From NCBI RefSeq assembly GCF_006345805.1, contig NC_043008.1, positions 28,148,001 through 28,212,000 of the forward strand: a DNA stretch of 64,000 nucleotides, in the 5' to 3' direction. This DNA comes from Octopus sinensis (lineage: Eukaryota). The position numbers and the translations under genes are program-made. The notes below the pieces were generated by a model. It was not told the DNA's origin. It saw only the letters and a program-made list of their open reading frames with translations, and ran no database searches. Positions 11,067 to 24,792 of the stretch are shown here, piece by piece; position 1 is the first letter of the stretch, and each line of letters begins with the position of its first letter.

Positions 11067-12003
11067 TTTGGCTGGCAAATAATTCAGCCGCCGTATGTTT
11101 TTTTAAAATTTGGAATTGATTGCGTTTTTAAATTTGGGAATCTATTTTTTTCGAGGATTCTGATTTTGAATCATTTTGGAACCTATTTGTCTTCTAGTTA
11201 ATTTTTGTTTATTTTCATATCATTAAAATGGAATGTCAAGTTAAGACAAATGAGTATTTTCGACATCTCCTTCATTTTGCTTGTAATCATTGTTCTAAGA
11301 CCGCCAATGCTGCTCCCGACATTTGTGCTGTGTATGGCGAGGGTGCTATAGCTTAAAGAACCACTCGTGATTGGTATGCCAAGTTCAAAAATGGGAATTT
11401 TGATCTCAAAGACGCACCTCGTTCTGGCCGTCCAGTTGAGTTCGATGAAGAGCTATCAAACCAACTTTTGCACGAAAAATCTTTTCAAACAAGAGAACTG
11501 GTAGAGAAAATGGAATGCTCCCACACTGCTATAAAGAAGCATCTTCACACGATGAGAAAAATTCAGAAGTATGGAGCATGGGATCCGCATGCTTTAAGTG
11601 ACAACAATAAAAATCAACGAGTCACAATCTCCGCTGGATTGCTTGCTCGTCAGCACTCTACTCATGGACACAAGCAACAATTTCTTTACCAAATCGTTAC
11701 TGGCGACGGAAAATGGTGCATGTATATCAATATGAAGCAGCGTAAGGAATGGCTTATCCCCGGTAAACAAGCGACACCATGCGTGGAAGAAGGTCTTCAT
11801 CCGCGTAAAACGATGTTGTGCGTATGGTGGCGCTGGGAAGGGATTATCCGTTACGAATTGCTTGAAATGAACCAAACGGTCAACGTGGAACTCTATGTTC
11901 AACAAAGGGAACGTCTCAACACGGCTATTCAAGAGAAAAGACCTAACCGACAACATGGAGTTCTTCTGCTGCCCGACAAGGCCCGCCCTCATATCGCCAA
12001 TAT
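11067..12003 (+). mobile_element. Mariner transposon (Mos1/Hsmar1-like), 3'-truncated pseudogene
   Basis: ATG at 11228: MECQVKTNEYFRHLL..., one premature TAA at about 11354, then WYAKFKNGNFDLKDAPRSGRP, WDPHAL, TGDGKW, HPRKTMLCVWW, PDKARPH. Ends before the YSPDLAP motif. Confidence 0.9.
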
Positions 12004-12352
12004 GTTTTCTCCAAGTACTGTAAGATTGGTTTTCATTTAGTTTGATTAAAATAATTAGTATAAAAAATATTAGTGTATTATCGCCGTTAATATCATTCTT
12101 ATTTCTAAGAATATATGTGTTTGAGAATATTTTAAGTTTTACTAACGTGTATGTTTGTTAATGCGTGCAAGAAATCGGGTAAGTATATTTTCTGTAGCAC
12201 TCAAATGGGCGAAGAATTAATGATTAATATTTGTATATATTTTTTGACCTTAGGTGTAGGAAGTTTGCTCGTATATTCACGGTACATATTAACATACAAG
12301 TCTGTTTGTATATCATACACAAGCCTGTATTTTGTTTACGGATTAATTTCAG

Positions 12353-12364
12353 ATACATTCGACG
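12353..12364 (+). CDS. Candidate 12-nt microexon of a + strand host gene
   Basis: ttaatttcag|ATACATTCGACG|gtgagt; phase 1 to 1, compatible with the next candidate exon. Confidence 0.35.
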
Positions 12365-13041
12365 GTGAGTAGACAGACTAACCACATTCCACTTATGACA
12401 ATGCAGAAGTAGAAATGGCGCTTTTTTGATGAATTCGTTGCAATCATATTGTTAATTACATAATTTGTACCCAGGTTAATAGAAAAATATTTAATTATTA
12501 ACGTGCCTTTAAAAATCATAGAAATTTCGAAACATATGTCTTTAAAAAGACTAAAAAAACCAGCCGATTCTATTTATTTTCTCAGGTATGGAATTCCATT
12601 TTCTTTCGAAGCAATAATAGAGTAAAATAAATAATATTTAAAGTACAACCAAGCTTTCTAGTCAGCTAGCTACATTATTGCAGAGAACTAATCGAGCATT
12701 TTACTAAATGTCTATTCTTCAGAGATCAAAAATATTTCTGTAGCACATCATAGAGTATCTTCATACAAATCCGCTTCTGTTGAATAACAATACACACTCT
12801 AATCGCATCAAATATTGTTTATTTACTTCGAAGAATAATACTTATTTTGATATTGTATGAAGTTTGCAAAAAGATAGCATAGTTCCTGAGGAATGATAAA
12901 TATCATTTTACAATGAAAAACGTTGTTTCTCGTTTAATGCACGAAGCGAAGATATAACACGATATTTTTGAAATCTATTCAAAAGCTATCTTTATTGATT
13001 TATGCGCTTTTAGATGTGCAAGCATCTGTTTTCAGCATAAG

Positions 13042-13135
13042 ACGAAACATCAATGACACCACCGTCAAATATTTTCAAAATTTTCAACGCCGTGCAGCTT
13101 AGCAGCCGTTGGTTTGCTAGTGTTGTGATCAATAA
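13042..13135 (+). CDS. Candidate coding exon (..PSNIFKIFNAVQLSSRWFASVVINK)
   Basis: Frame is open from 13041 to the donor AA|gtaaga at 13136. The acceptor is uncertain: AAG at 13039-41, or TAG at 13011-13, which by my count is 1 nt out of frame. Confidence 0.5.
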
Positions 13136-13408
13136 GTAAGAAAGTAATTCTGTATTTGATACTTAATATGAATAAAGGCCAGCATACCATTTATAGAATT
13201 AAGGTGAATATATCGGTTATTTGAACATACTTAGTGGCTAATAAATTATGATAGTGCTTTTCCCTTTTCTGGAGTGCAAGTTCGATTGAATTTTAGCCAG
13301 AAAAAAGCCACAGAAAAGTAAATACCTCCCAAAAGATAAACGGTCGTCATACGCATATATACTGACTTCAGTCTATTAAACTTCATTGTAAGCTACTCTA
13401 CTTTGCAG

Positions 13409-13422
13409 GAATGTCTTTGTAG
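13409..13422 (+). CDS. Candidate 14-nt microexon (NVFV)
   Basis: ctactttgcag|GAATGTCTTTGTAG|gtatgt; phase 2 to 1 bridges the exons on either side. Confidence 0.5.
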
Positions 13423-14589
13423 GTATGTCTTGGAAAGTGTATTTGTATCTGCTTTCACAAAGAAATGGGTAACTTCCATGGGACACACAAATATATAACG
13501 TTGCGTGACGATATATCGCATTTGGTGACTGGCATTCAAAGACTTACTTTTACAAAAGTCGCTAAAACTCGATTTTTAAGGCATGCTTATAACATCACTC
13601 TTTTATACATACATTCTTTCAAAACAGAGATAAATTTTTAACTGAGCAAGCTGTAAGCTGAACAATTATCCAAATATGAAAGCTAGAGTGTTAGATGAAT
13701 AAAATTTCACGTACCCAGTCTTATCTATATATGTATATAAAAGACGAATACGTGAATATATACTTCTTCATATATGTATATCGACAACGAATACGTGAAT
13801 AAACAGTTCGTGATAAATATAAAAGACATGATAATTATAAATATCACACTTGAATAACAAATGTCACTACTCAGCCTATTACATCAGTCCACATTACATT
13901 GTAGAGGATTAGACACATTTCTCTGTCTAGTATAACACGTTTTTATTTTGTAAAATTCACTCAAATTAACTGCGGAAGATTAAAATTAAACTATGTAACG
14001 AGAGACGTCAGTTTTTGTCTGAATTAATTTTTCTTGGATGCTTTGAATCAATGAATATGTATAATCACACATTTCACATTTGTAGGGCGATAATAATAGC
14101 ATTAGTCTTCAATGATAATGTGTGTGATGGAAAACCTGAAACAGCGAGTGAATTTAAGGACTCTGTAAGGAATTCTGAAAGGTTAACCTATTTTTGTTCA
14201 TGATTATGCAGAACCTTTTCATCTTCTAGAAATACTTTTAATGTTACTGTATTGAGGATATCGACTTCAACATTTTTGTGCTGAAGAGGCATTGTTGAAA
14301 TTTTTTCTGGTTTTACAATGCATTTCACTATGATATTCCTAGTATAAACTAACGAAATGAGATTCTTCATATCATGAATAATATTAGATTAATGAGGTAT
14401 AATCTTTTATTCCAGACGCATTTCCTACTTGGTTTATGTATTTGTTGATATGATTTTTCATATTCAAATCTTCTGAATTTAGAACAAAGAACCTTAACCA
14501 CGGCGAGTAAATGTGAAGGTAATCGATGGGAAACACAACCAGGAATTGTATGTGTATATGTCCTTAATGCATTGCAATTTCTTCTTTAG

Positions 14590-14647
14590 TGTCCGTCATG
14601 CCTGCGCAGGGTGAAGCTCAAATCGTGTTGCTGACGTTTACAATTAT
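14590..14647 (+). CDS. Candidate coding exon (VSVMPAQGEAQIVLLTFTI)
   Basis: tttcttctttag|TG...ATT AT|gtgagt; phase 1 to 2 is the only open frame. Confidence 0.55.
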
Positions 14648-17399
14648 GTGAGTGGGACGGGGAAGGGGTAGTAAATACACCTTACAAGTTCCACAAAACA
14701 AATTGAAGAAAGACTTTCTGTAGGAGTTCCTTGAAATTCATTCAGTCAAATTTAGAAAATTTACCATTCTCAGGTAGTGTATTTGAATCCCGTTCTTTTT
14801 AAAATCGTCAATTCTTTGATGTATGGAAAATGTATTGAAACCTAATTTAGTGCGTTTGAAAAAGTTTAGATCTTTCGGAAGAAAGTGTTTTATTCTATCA
14901 CTTTCTCTGTGTTCACCTTTGTCTACATTTTCACAACCTTTGTAGAAGCCTTCATTATTTTGTATCGGGAAATCTTTACAATTTTTCCTCAGTATAAGTA
15001 ACCTAAGGCTGAGACGACGTTGTTCGTTGAAAGGAAGTCACTCGAACGGATATAATTTCATCCTTATCTCTTAAGTCAATTCTATTTTGACATTGTTGAA
15101 TTCCATACGAGTTTCTCTTGAAAATACTTGAAGAAGGTGTAATGACTTAGCGAAAATCCAAAAGAAGTTTCCGTTTAATATATATATATATATAAAGGGG
15201 AAAACGCTGTAGAGTATTTTTGTTTAATAATCAAAGGTTTATAAATATTTTCTACTCATGTGAAGTATCAATTTCATCCTTAAATGAATGGGCAAATGAA
15301 GATACGCATTTTGCAATCAAATATTATACTTCTAATGCGAATAGGATATACGTAGATATTCAGAAAACAGTGGCTTCTTTAAATCAGCAACACTACTGAA
15401 AAAAAATTGTTTATAATTCACCGGGAAATAATTTTCCGGGTGACTCCAAAATAGCATTTGCAAGAATAAAATAGCTGTTCTACATCTCTTTTTGAACTTC
15501 TACAATTTCAGGAGAAGTGAATGTGCAAAACTGAGAAGTCGAACTATACAGACATATGTTTAGCGAAGAAATATCGAAATCATTCTCGACCGGCTCAGTA
15601 ATTTTACTATTATGTACATGCCTGAAATTTTGCTAAGCATTTCATCTGGAGTTGCTAACTGACTTTCACTAGTCTAATATTAATAATTCTATCCGCTATA
15701 AACACAAGAAATGGCGATTTGGGGTGGGGCCTAGTTCTTTGCAGTGATCATAGCTCCCAATTTGTAATTACTATTTTATCGACGTCCAAAGTAGGAAAGT
15801 TAATTTCGCTGTCAGAGAAAATTGAACTGAGAAGGTAAAGACAGACAAAATACTAGTGAGTATTTTTGCATAACTAGTAGTAATAAGAATTATAAATTTG
15901 GAAAGTAGAACTGCACACGTTTCATTCATAACATACATTCGTTTCAAAAAGAAAGTCATTACACAAAGCTAAATTATTTAGCTCGCCACAATAGTTTATT
16001 GTGAAAAATCCGTCTGAATTTCCTCTTTTTCTCTCTCTTTTGTATCACCTAGTTGTCCAGATGTTTTGCGTTCTTGTCTCATTTTTTATTTCATTTTATA
16101 CATATATATATATGTATATATTGATTAACTTATTTATTTACAAATCTATACACACACGCCCGCACACACACATATACATATACATTTATATATAATTTCA
16201 ATTGGTGAATCTAGCGGAAGATAGGTTCAGCACAAATCTTTATTCAGTACGACGATCGATTCGACCCATCTTGCAACGGCCCCTAATGGGTAGGATTACA
16301 TGTAATCTTTCTTTGATAAGTTGTACCCTCTATATTTTCATATTATAGGATTTTAACTTTATATTATATACTCACGGGCAACTGTAATTGGTCATAACAA
16401 AAATACAGCGGGCATGAGCATCATGCCTAGGACATCTCAGTATGTCTAGCGGAACATCATCTTCTTATGCATGTATTTGATGTGACACTACTGATTCTGA
16501 TGCAACACTGTTAGAAGCACAAAATCCTACCCATGACAGGCAGTTACAGAATGAGTCGCAACGATTGTTGTACTGAATAAAGACTAGAGCTAAATCTATC
16601 TTCCGTTTCCTTAATATATTATCTTAACTAACACTACAGAGTTCCTGACATAGATCCAGCGGAAATATACCCAAACTATGGATGACACAGGTGGCCTAAA
16701 CTGCGAACGTACAGCAATCAACACCCTAATGAACACAATACCCATTAGTCCAAAAAATTATATACATACATACATGCATACACATACATACATTCATACA
16801 TGTGTGCATACATTCATACATGCATGTATGTTTGTGTGTGCGCGTATGCATATATGTATATGTGTGTACGTTTCTATGTATGTATTCTGCATATTAATGT
16901 GTTTGTATGGCTGTGTATGTGTTAAATGCATACACACACACATACATACATACATACATACATACATACATACATACATACTACATACATACATACATAC
17001 ATACATACATACATGCATACATACATACATGCATACGCACACTACATAAATACATAGATTCACACTATCTAAATACCAATCTTGAGAAATTTGGCTTCTC
17101 AAAATTAGAAAGGAGAAAGCTAATTCGAAAACCACAGATCAAATCCCTCGCTGTAACTGTAAAAATCTGTAAAACTTTCGGGAAGTTTATAATTTAAATA
17201 TTAATGAGAATGTCTAGATATGCAACTATATGCATGAGAATACGTACATGAAACAAAAAATACAAATATGCACATACATATATACATACAAAAAATACCC
17301 TGTTGCTGATGTTGAAATTCCAATGACGGAGCCTTCGATCTAGGTTAGAAGCCCGCTTAACTATGTTGGTCTTAACTAACTATGATATTAACATCATCT

Positions 17400-18560
17400 A
17401 CATACCTACTGAGTTCTGGACTGTTCTGCCAACGATTGCTTATGTTTTCTGTCCCTCTAGGTCATGAAGAAATCGGCCACATCTCCACTTACTTTACGGT
17501 AGATGACTTTAATTTCATAGTTAAGACCAACTGTAATAATGGTAATGTATAAACAGAGCAACATAACAGAGGGCATCCAGCAAGTAGTTAACTCCATCTA
17601 TCAAATTATCAAGGTAATTATAGAGTACCCCACTTGGCAACCCATCAATAGACTCCCTGTCCTTGATACTGAAAGTTTGGTTAGAGACTGTAAACAACAG
17701 AGTGTAGCCCATCCACTCCTGTTACATGTGACACATAACTTCGAAATATTTTGTTCACAAGAACTCGGCTCTGTCACACAACATGAAAATCAACACATTG
17801 ATAGCAGACTTAAGATATTGAACAACGTGTACCCACTATGCAAAACCTATGAAACGAAGAAACATACAATTCTCTGGATATGATTAGAAAGATAGGGTTC
17901 GAATATACAGGGGTGCTAGAAAGAATTTATTTAGCATTATATGTAATGTAAATAGTGTTTCCTACCCTAGATATAAAAGCAAAGAGTGGGACATGATACA
18001 AAGAGATTTAAGAAATCAAACGGGGTGACCGCGTGGTATAAATATCAAGGAGTGGTGTTTTTAGAAGCCACAGGCAATGGAGAACTGGCCCGTTGATTTA
18101 GGAAAGCTCTAAAGGAAAGCAAACTCTACGTTGATATTGTTGAAAATTCTGGGAAGTCCATCAGATCACAGCCATGTAGGACGTACTCCTTTGAGAATAA
18201 CATATGCACCGATAATAACTGCATCGGATGTAGGATTAGCCGTGGCATTAACTGTACAAATAGAAGTGTAATCTACAGCATAAGATACATAGCAGCTTCT
18301 TGTAAAGTCATGAACATGACATCCATGCGGGAGACATCTAGGTGCATTGCGGAAAGACTAAATGCTCATTTGAGACAATATCACGACAAAAAACTGTCCT
18401 CTATAGTCTACCAACATGCCAAGGACTAGCATGGGGGCAACCTGGATCACCTTGACATCTGCATTTTATCCAAATAACCAAAGGACCCAGCACTCAGAAA
18501 AATACAGGAGTAAGTCCTCATAAATGAAACATCCCCAGTACTAAATAGGAAATATAAGTA
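17400..18560 (+). mobile_element. Penelope-like element, decayed (RT C-terminus + GIY-YIG endonuclease)
   Basis: VDDFNFIVK (about 17500), DLRILNNVYPLCK-like segment, and RSVIYSIRY..MRETSRCIAERLNAH..QHAK..LRKIQE*VLINETSPVLNRKY (18262-18560), a degenerate GIY-YIG domain. Confidence 0.75.
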
Positions 18561-20160
18561 GAAGTTAATCATACCCCCATACCAACAGTTTATATTTATA
18601 TAGAGGTAGAATAGTTAGTGGACTGCTATATAGATAATTGTGTGTGTGTGTGTATGTGCATATGTACATGCGCATGTATGTAGGCATATGAATACGAAAG
18701 TACAGAGATCGACATACAGACGGATAGGTGCATAGGTTATATGAACAGAAAAACACACATGCACACATATATACAAATGAAGACTGAAACACATTATCAT
18801 ACAGACACATACGTTTTACTTCACACAAGGGCATATATGGAGACACACGTCTTCATGTATAGAGATACACATCCATATACACAGAAACATATATAGTCTC
18901 AAAAGCCCATACACACAGAGACACACTCAGCCATTCACACACGAGGAGACAGAGTTACACATACACATAAAAACAATTAAACACAGACACAACCATACAA
19001 ACACATGAATATGCAGAATACATACATAGAAACGTACACACATACATACATATATACATACGCGCACACACAAACATACATGCATACACACACTTACATG
19101 CATAAGGCATACATGCATACAAACATACGTGTGTATGCACTCACATACTGACCCACAGATATGCGCACACCAAACAAAGAGAGCGCAGAAGAACTATTCA
19201 ACATGTTTGCAAGACAACGAAAATTTTAGAAAAATAAAAGAGTAAATTTTACCGGTGAGAGTGTTAAATTATAAAGCACTAAAAGAGAATTACTCTCCTC
19301 AGACACAAGATTATATATATATATATATATGTGTGTGTATGTGTGTGTGTGTCTGTGTGTGTGTGTGTCTGTGTGTGTGTGTGTCTGTGTGTGTATAAGT
19401 ATGTATATATGTATATATATATATATATGCACAAATATTCGAGTATATATATCCACATGTATTCATGTATATATATGTACATATGCATATGTATTTATGC
19501 GTATGTATATTTATGTGTGTGGATGAGGTAGATGTAAGGTGTTGTTGATGCTATCAAGGAAATTGTAGAACATCTAGCAAGATACAAGTGCTATGTAATA
19601 AATATAGAATTTATAAACGAACGGCCATACGTTGCTCCGTTAGTGCAGGAAACGATCGGACACGCATGTTGTCTTGCAATCGATCTGAATGAAAATAACA
19701 AGGTGGCTCTCTGAGAATCGGCAAAATAAAACCAGAAAATTAAAACAAAAACAAGAAACGAAAACTCGGGAAACGCAGAGTTGGAGAAAAACTGAGTTAA
19801 ATGTGGCGCATATTTCATCCCTTAGAAGGAGAACATTGATAATATTTATCTGTAAATATTCAGCGGTTGATGTCTCTTACTAAAAACTAGAAGAAGCACA
19901 AACCGTTTCTCATTTCCTAACGTGCAATTCCTCTTCTCACTTGTTATTCTCTCTTGTTAATTTTTTGATTTTATATCACATTATGTTCAGGGACAAGTCA
20001 TGCTGACCTGAAGGACTGCAACTTAGTATATAATATGCGATATATACCATGTACTAAACCTATCCGGTCACTCTAAAGTCTAAGTGTGAAATTTAGTGTA
20101 GTTCTCTGATGCATATATCTTGAGTTTCTGAATTAAATATTAAATAATAAAAATACCCAT

Positions 20161-20550
20161 ATAGGCGCAGGAGTATCTGTGTTATTAGAAGCTTCCTTCA
20201 CAATCACATGGTTCCGGGTTCAGTCCCACTGCGTGACACATTTGGTAGGTGTCTTCTACTATAGCTTCGTGTCGACTAAAACCTTGTGAATGGATTTGGT
20301 ACACGGAAAATAAAAGAAATTTGTCGTATATGTGTGTATGCGTGTGTGTGTGTGTGTGTCTCTGTGTCTGTCTCCGATCCATTGCTTGACAAACGATGTT
20401 GGTGTGTTTACGTCCCCTTTAATTAGCGGTTTAGCAAAAGAGATAGAGAGAATAAGTACTAGGCTTGCAAAGAATAAGTTCTGTTGTCGATTTGTTCGAC
20501 TGAAAGAAGTACTCCAGCATGGCCACTGTCAAATTACGAAAACAAATAAA
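20161..20550 (+). mobile_element. tRNA-derived SINE (octopus OK-like), near full length, with central (GT)n
   Basis: Head ggcgcaggagt..ggttccgggttcagtccc; tail gatagaataagtactaggctt..ctccagcatggccac..aaacaaataaaa, shared with 36780, 40310, 40765 and 44955. The family name is from recall. Confidence 0.8.
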
Positions 20551-23450
20551 AAAAATATGCACTTTTGCGCATGGAAGTGTTTTCGGATATATACCTGTAC
20601 ATATCTTATAAGGATATAACGTAATGCTCAGATGCACTCACAAACATCCACATATATATACATATATAAAAATCTGATGGTGCACATCCACAGAAACGTT
20701 TGTAAGAAAAATCCTCATCTCTTATGAGAAATACATACATGTGCGCGTGTGTTTGGGTTTATGAATATACACGCGCACGAGTGTGCAACGACACCTGAAT
20801 ATGGCCCTAATAAATACAAACAAACATTTAGTAATCACTCAGTATTAAGTGAACGTGGTTAACTGTATCCAACAGTCAGATAACAATAAATTTATTTAGT
20901 AAAAAAACATAACATCCAACGTAATTCCTCATTTTATGATAAGTAAATCCAAATTCAAATTACCATTCAAGCCAGTATATTCGAAACGTTTTGCTAATGT
21001 AATGCAGTCTAGATAATCATAAACTAATTAACAGTGACGCGAACTAAGATGATATCTCTAATACACGACGCATGCAAAATTAATGTGAAGAAATATATTC
21101 TACCAAACGCCAGTTTAATATTTAAACTTATGATGACGCCAGTAGTGAATAAAAAACACACATAGAGATTGTCGGACACAGCATTCAGCTATCTAGATAT
21201 TTATATAATATTCTAATCGTATATGCGTAAATATACATGTATATGCGGATATGCAAAACTGTTCAGCGCACATTCTTTTGAGAAATACATTGTAATGTTT
21301 CTATAATAAATTATAATTCACATGTATAATGTCAACTGTTGGAATAATTTCTCTGATACATTTATCGGTCAACACGCACAGTCTCTATAACATGCTAGTC
21401 CTATTTATTTTCTTTCTTTCCACAAATGTTATCTGGAGAAATGTATTTCATTTGTATAACGATACGCGGTTTATATACAGATGTTCTAATTCTTCAGCTT
21501 TCCTAAATATGCATATGTTTATAGATATTTAAAATCAGTGTATGTGGAATAGCAGACTGTTTTATAGTAGTTAGTCGACATGAATAGCAATTTAGTTGGA
21601 AATTGAGTAAATAAGTGTTAACGGGAATCTTTTTTCTCATATTTATATTTTGATATATTTAGGTAATTGGTTTATTCCTTGTTGCTAAATTAAAGAGCTT
21701 TAGCTTTTACACCTTCCTCAAATACGTTTGCATCTTGTGAACTATCTTGAGATTGGCAGAATAGCATTTATTAAATCCATGACAAAGCGGTGCCTCTCAT
21801 TCTTTGCTCACCAAAAGAGAAAGTTTTATTCGCCATGACTATACATGTGATAACGTTTAGTGTTTTTCACTTTTCACATCATTTATAATGCTGGAAATAT
21901 ACTAACAGCCGTAATCTAAAAGCAATTGCACACCTTTCGTTCCAAGCACTAAATAACATATAGATACAATAGTGATTATAGATGTAACTTATTTTGAACC
22001 TAGTTCAATAAATGGTCATGATTTGAATCCAAATGTCTGCGCCAATGTTTCTATGTTTACTCTGATTTGTTTGAAACATAACAGTAACTCACAAAAATAA
22101 ATAAAATGTATACATAATATTGACATTAGAATGAGGGCTATTGTCCCTTGTAGGTTTGATAAATGCGTTAATTTCAACTAATGTTCTTGTGAATTTAAGT
22201 GAGTAGAAATGCTAATCAATCCAGATAATACAATGATCATTTCTCGTCATAGAAATTCAAACGCCACTATTTTAACATATCTAAGAAATATTATTCAATA
22301 TACATATAGCTGCATATTAATAATTTAGTTTAGGTTTCCAGCTTATTTCTACGGAAATGCAATATGCCTGCACGTAAAAATGTTGAAGCTCATTGCTCTT
22401 GATGCTAGTGTATACGTAACAAAGAACATGAAAATTATTAATGAAATATAGTGTTAGTGTTTTAAAATTGTTTTATGTCATCGTCAGCTGCCGACGTTTC
22501 ACTGAATTTCTCAAAAATTGAAATAAGAAGTGAGGGAAAGCCGTGGAAAACATTTATGTTACAATTAAAAGACATATCACACTACGAAAATATGTTTCAA
22601 TTTCAAAGAATATTCAGTTTATCATCTAAGTTAACAAAAGAGTAATATTGTAATAAAGAAATCATGAAAATTCCTGAATAAATTCATAATTAATTCATGT
22701 ACATTGTTGATAAAAATGATATGGTTACGCATGTTTTATGTGGTAATGTATGTTGTATGTTCATGAGGTATATACAAAAGAAATACATTACTTTAATTCA
22801 CAAGGCAGTATCTACTTATCCCATAATTTTGACCGCACAACAAATTGTGGGCCACAGAGCTAATACTAGAGAATATTTTACCACTTGGTAGATGTTACGT
22901 ATGCTGCATGGGCCCGCAATTGTTTAAAATAAATTTATTTAGATGTATACCAAACTAGTTTCAACAATATTTTTTAGATTATCAAATGGTATCAATTTGT
23001 AATTATGAATTGATGCACAGTTTTTTTAATTATTGACTGCTATGAACATTTAAATGTGTAAACATTGAAACATTTAAACATGCTTTTCAAATTCATAATT
23101 CTAGATTTGTCCGTTATGAAGATTTAAACTTGTCAACATTGAAACATTTAAACATGTTTTTCAAATTCATAATTCTAAAATTTTACCATCGATAAACTAA
23201 ATATATTGTTGAAATTAGTTTGGTATGTATGTAAATAAATTTATTTTAAACAATTACTAGTTTTTCAAGTATAGGTGCATTTTCAACAACAAATTTTCCT
23301 ATATTTCATCCTGCGTGAAAAAACCCGCTACCCACTATTTTGTCATATGACACAGTAACAGCCAAGATTATATAAATAGATATAGTAATATTTCTCCAAA
23401 GTTTCAAGGTTATATAATCCTGGCTGTTACTGTGTCATATAGTGGGTAGC

Positions 23451-23451
<1 letters not shown>

Positions 23452-23543
<92 letters not shown>

Positions 23544-23552
23544 TATATATAT

Positions 23553-23648
<96 letters not shown>

Positions 23649-23661
23649 TATGTATATATAT
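23452..23661. repeat. (TA)n microsatellite, about 210 bp
   Basis: Read directly. Confidence 0.95.
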
Positions 23662-23880
23662 GTGAAGTATATTTGCCATCTAAATATGGCTAACCACAAA
23701 GGGTGGATGTTACTTTAGCTTGTAGCCCCAGAAGAACATCTTCTCCTGCTGGCTATCGACACACTTTCTGTGCCCTATCCTTCCCTCGTCGACCTAAGTG
23801 ATACGCACGGACTGCAGATTCTGCGTATTGACCCGTCATCAGCGCACGACAATCACCGATTTTCGATGGAAGTGTCCCAA
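23662..23880 (-). mobile_element. L1/Tx1-like LINE 3' fragment
   Basis: Homologous to the 3' end of the 59727-63560 element (tatttgcca..tggctaac..gacacactttctgtgccctatc). Confidence 0.75.
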
Positions 23881-24012
23881 TGCAAATATTTATATCCTTT
23901 TTCCAGTGACTTTTCGTCACTGATCTTGAAAAAGTGTATACAAGCAATAACTAATCTCTGAACGAGGTATAAACAGTAACTGCACGGCAATGTGAAGTAT
24001 TTTTGCCATCTG

Positions 24013-24236
24013 ACACTACTGGAAAATGCAAGACATTATATTGCAAGAGATTATATCGAAAACGGTGGTTTTGTTAATTTATCACCTAAATATGGCTAAC
24101 CACTAAGAGTGGATGTTACTGTAGCTACAGTAACATCCACCCTTAGTGGTTAGCCATATTTAGGTGATATATTAACAAAACCGCCGTTTTCGATATAATA
24201 TCTTGCAATATAATGTCTTGCATTTTCCAGTAGTGT
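24013..24236. repeat. 224-bp palindrome with no spacer (112-bp arms, 4 mismatches)
   Basis: Arms compared base by base; centre gtag|ctac at 24124/24125. Confidence 0.95.
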
Positions 24237-24792
24237 GCAAATTCAATCGAGGCCGTAATATGCTTTTTCTAGATAAAATATATAATGCCATATAACAAAA
24301 GCAAGTCTTCATTCTTGTGTCACTAAATCTCTATTTTGAGTTATAACGATTTCACAAAGCTACTGATGTCACACAATGCCACGACAAAGCGTCCGAGAAA
24401 TGAATCCGAGGTACACTTTCTTTTAATGTTCTACTGCCTAAAGTGTAATGTTTGGGTATTCACAAGGATTCACATGGTCGAGAACTGACTCTTCAGCGAA
24501 GAAACCGGCGAGAAATTCGAGAATACTTAAGAAACGAAAACGTAAACAGATAACAAATATAACAACTAGATACACATACCGGGAAGCAGATCAGATAGAA
24601 AGGAAATTTAAATTCTTTGAGCAAACACCAGTCTATAAATATTTCTTTATTGTATTGAAATTTCGTTTCGTTTACATTGGTTATATACAGTGATTATTAT
24701 ACTTAAGAACATTTTCGTATTAAGATAATACCATTGAATATCTGACTTCAAGGGACATCCTCAGGGATGCGTTGCGTTCATATGCCTATGGT

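Noticed and set aside
14086-14164. Open segment with AG/GT ends (AIIIALVFNDNVCDGKPETASEFKDS)
   Set aside because: Phase 2 to 0 is incompatible with the neighbouring 13409-13422 and 14590-14647 exons; left unresolved as a possible alternative exon.
16270-16740. Possible old LINE or Penelope fragment, likewise 33700-34330, 54900-55120 and 59050-59420
   Set aside because: They look repeat-derived, but I could not read a diagnostic motif.
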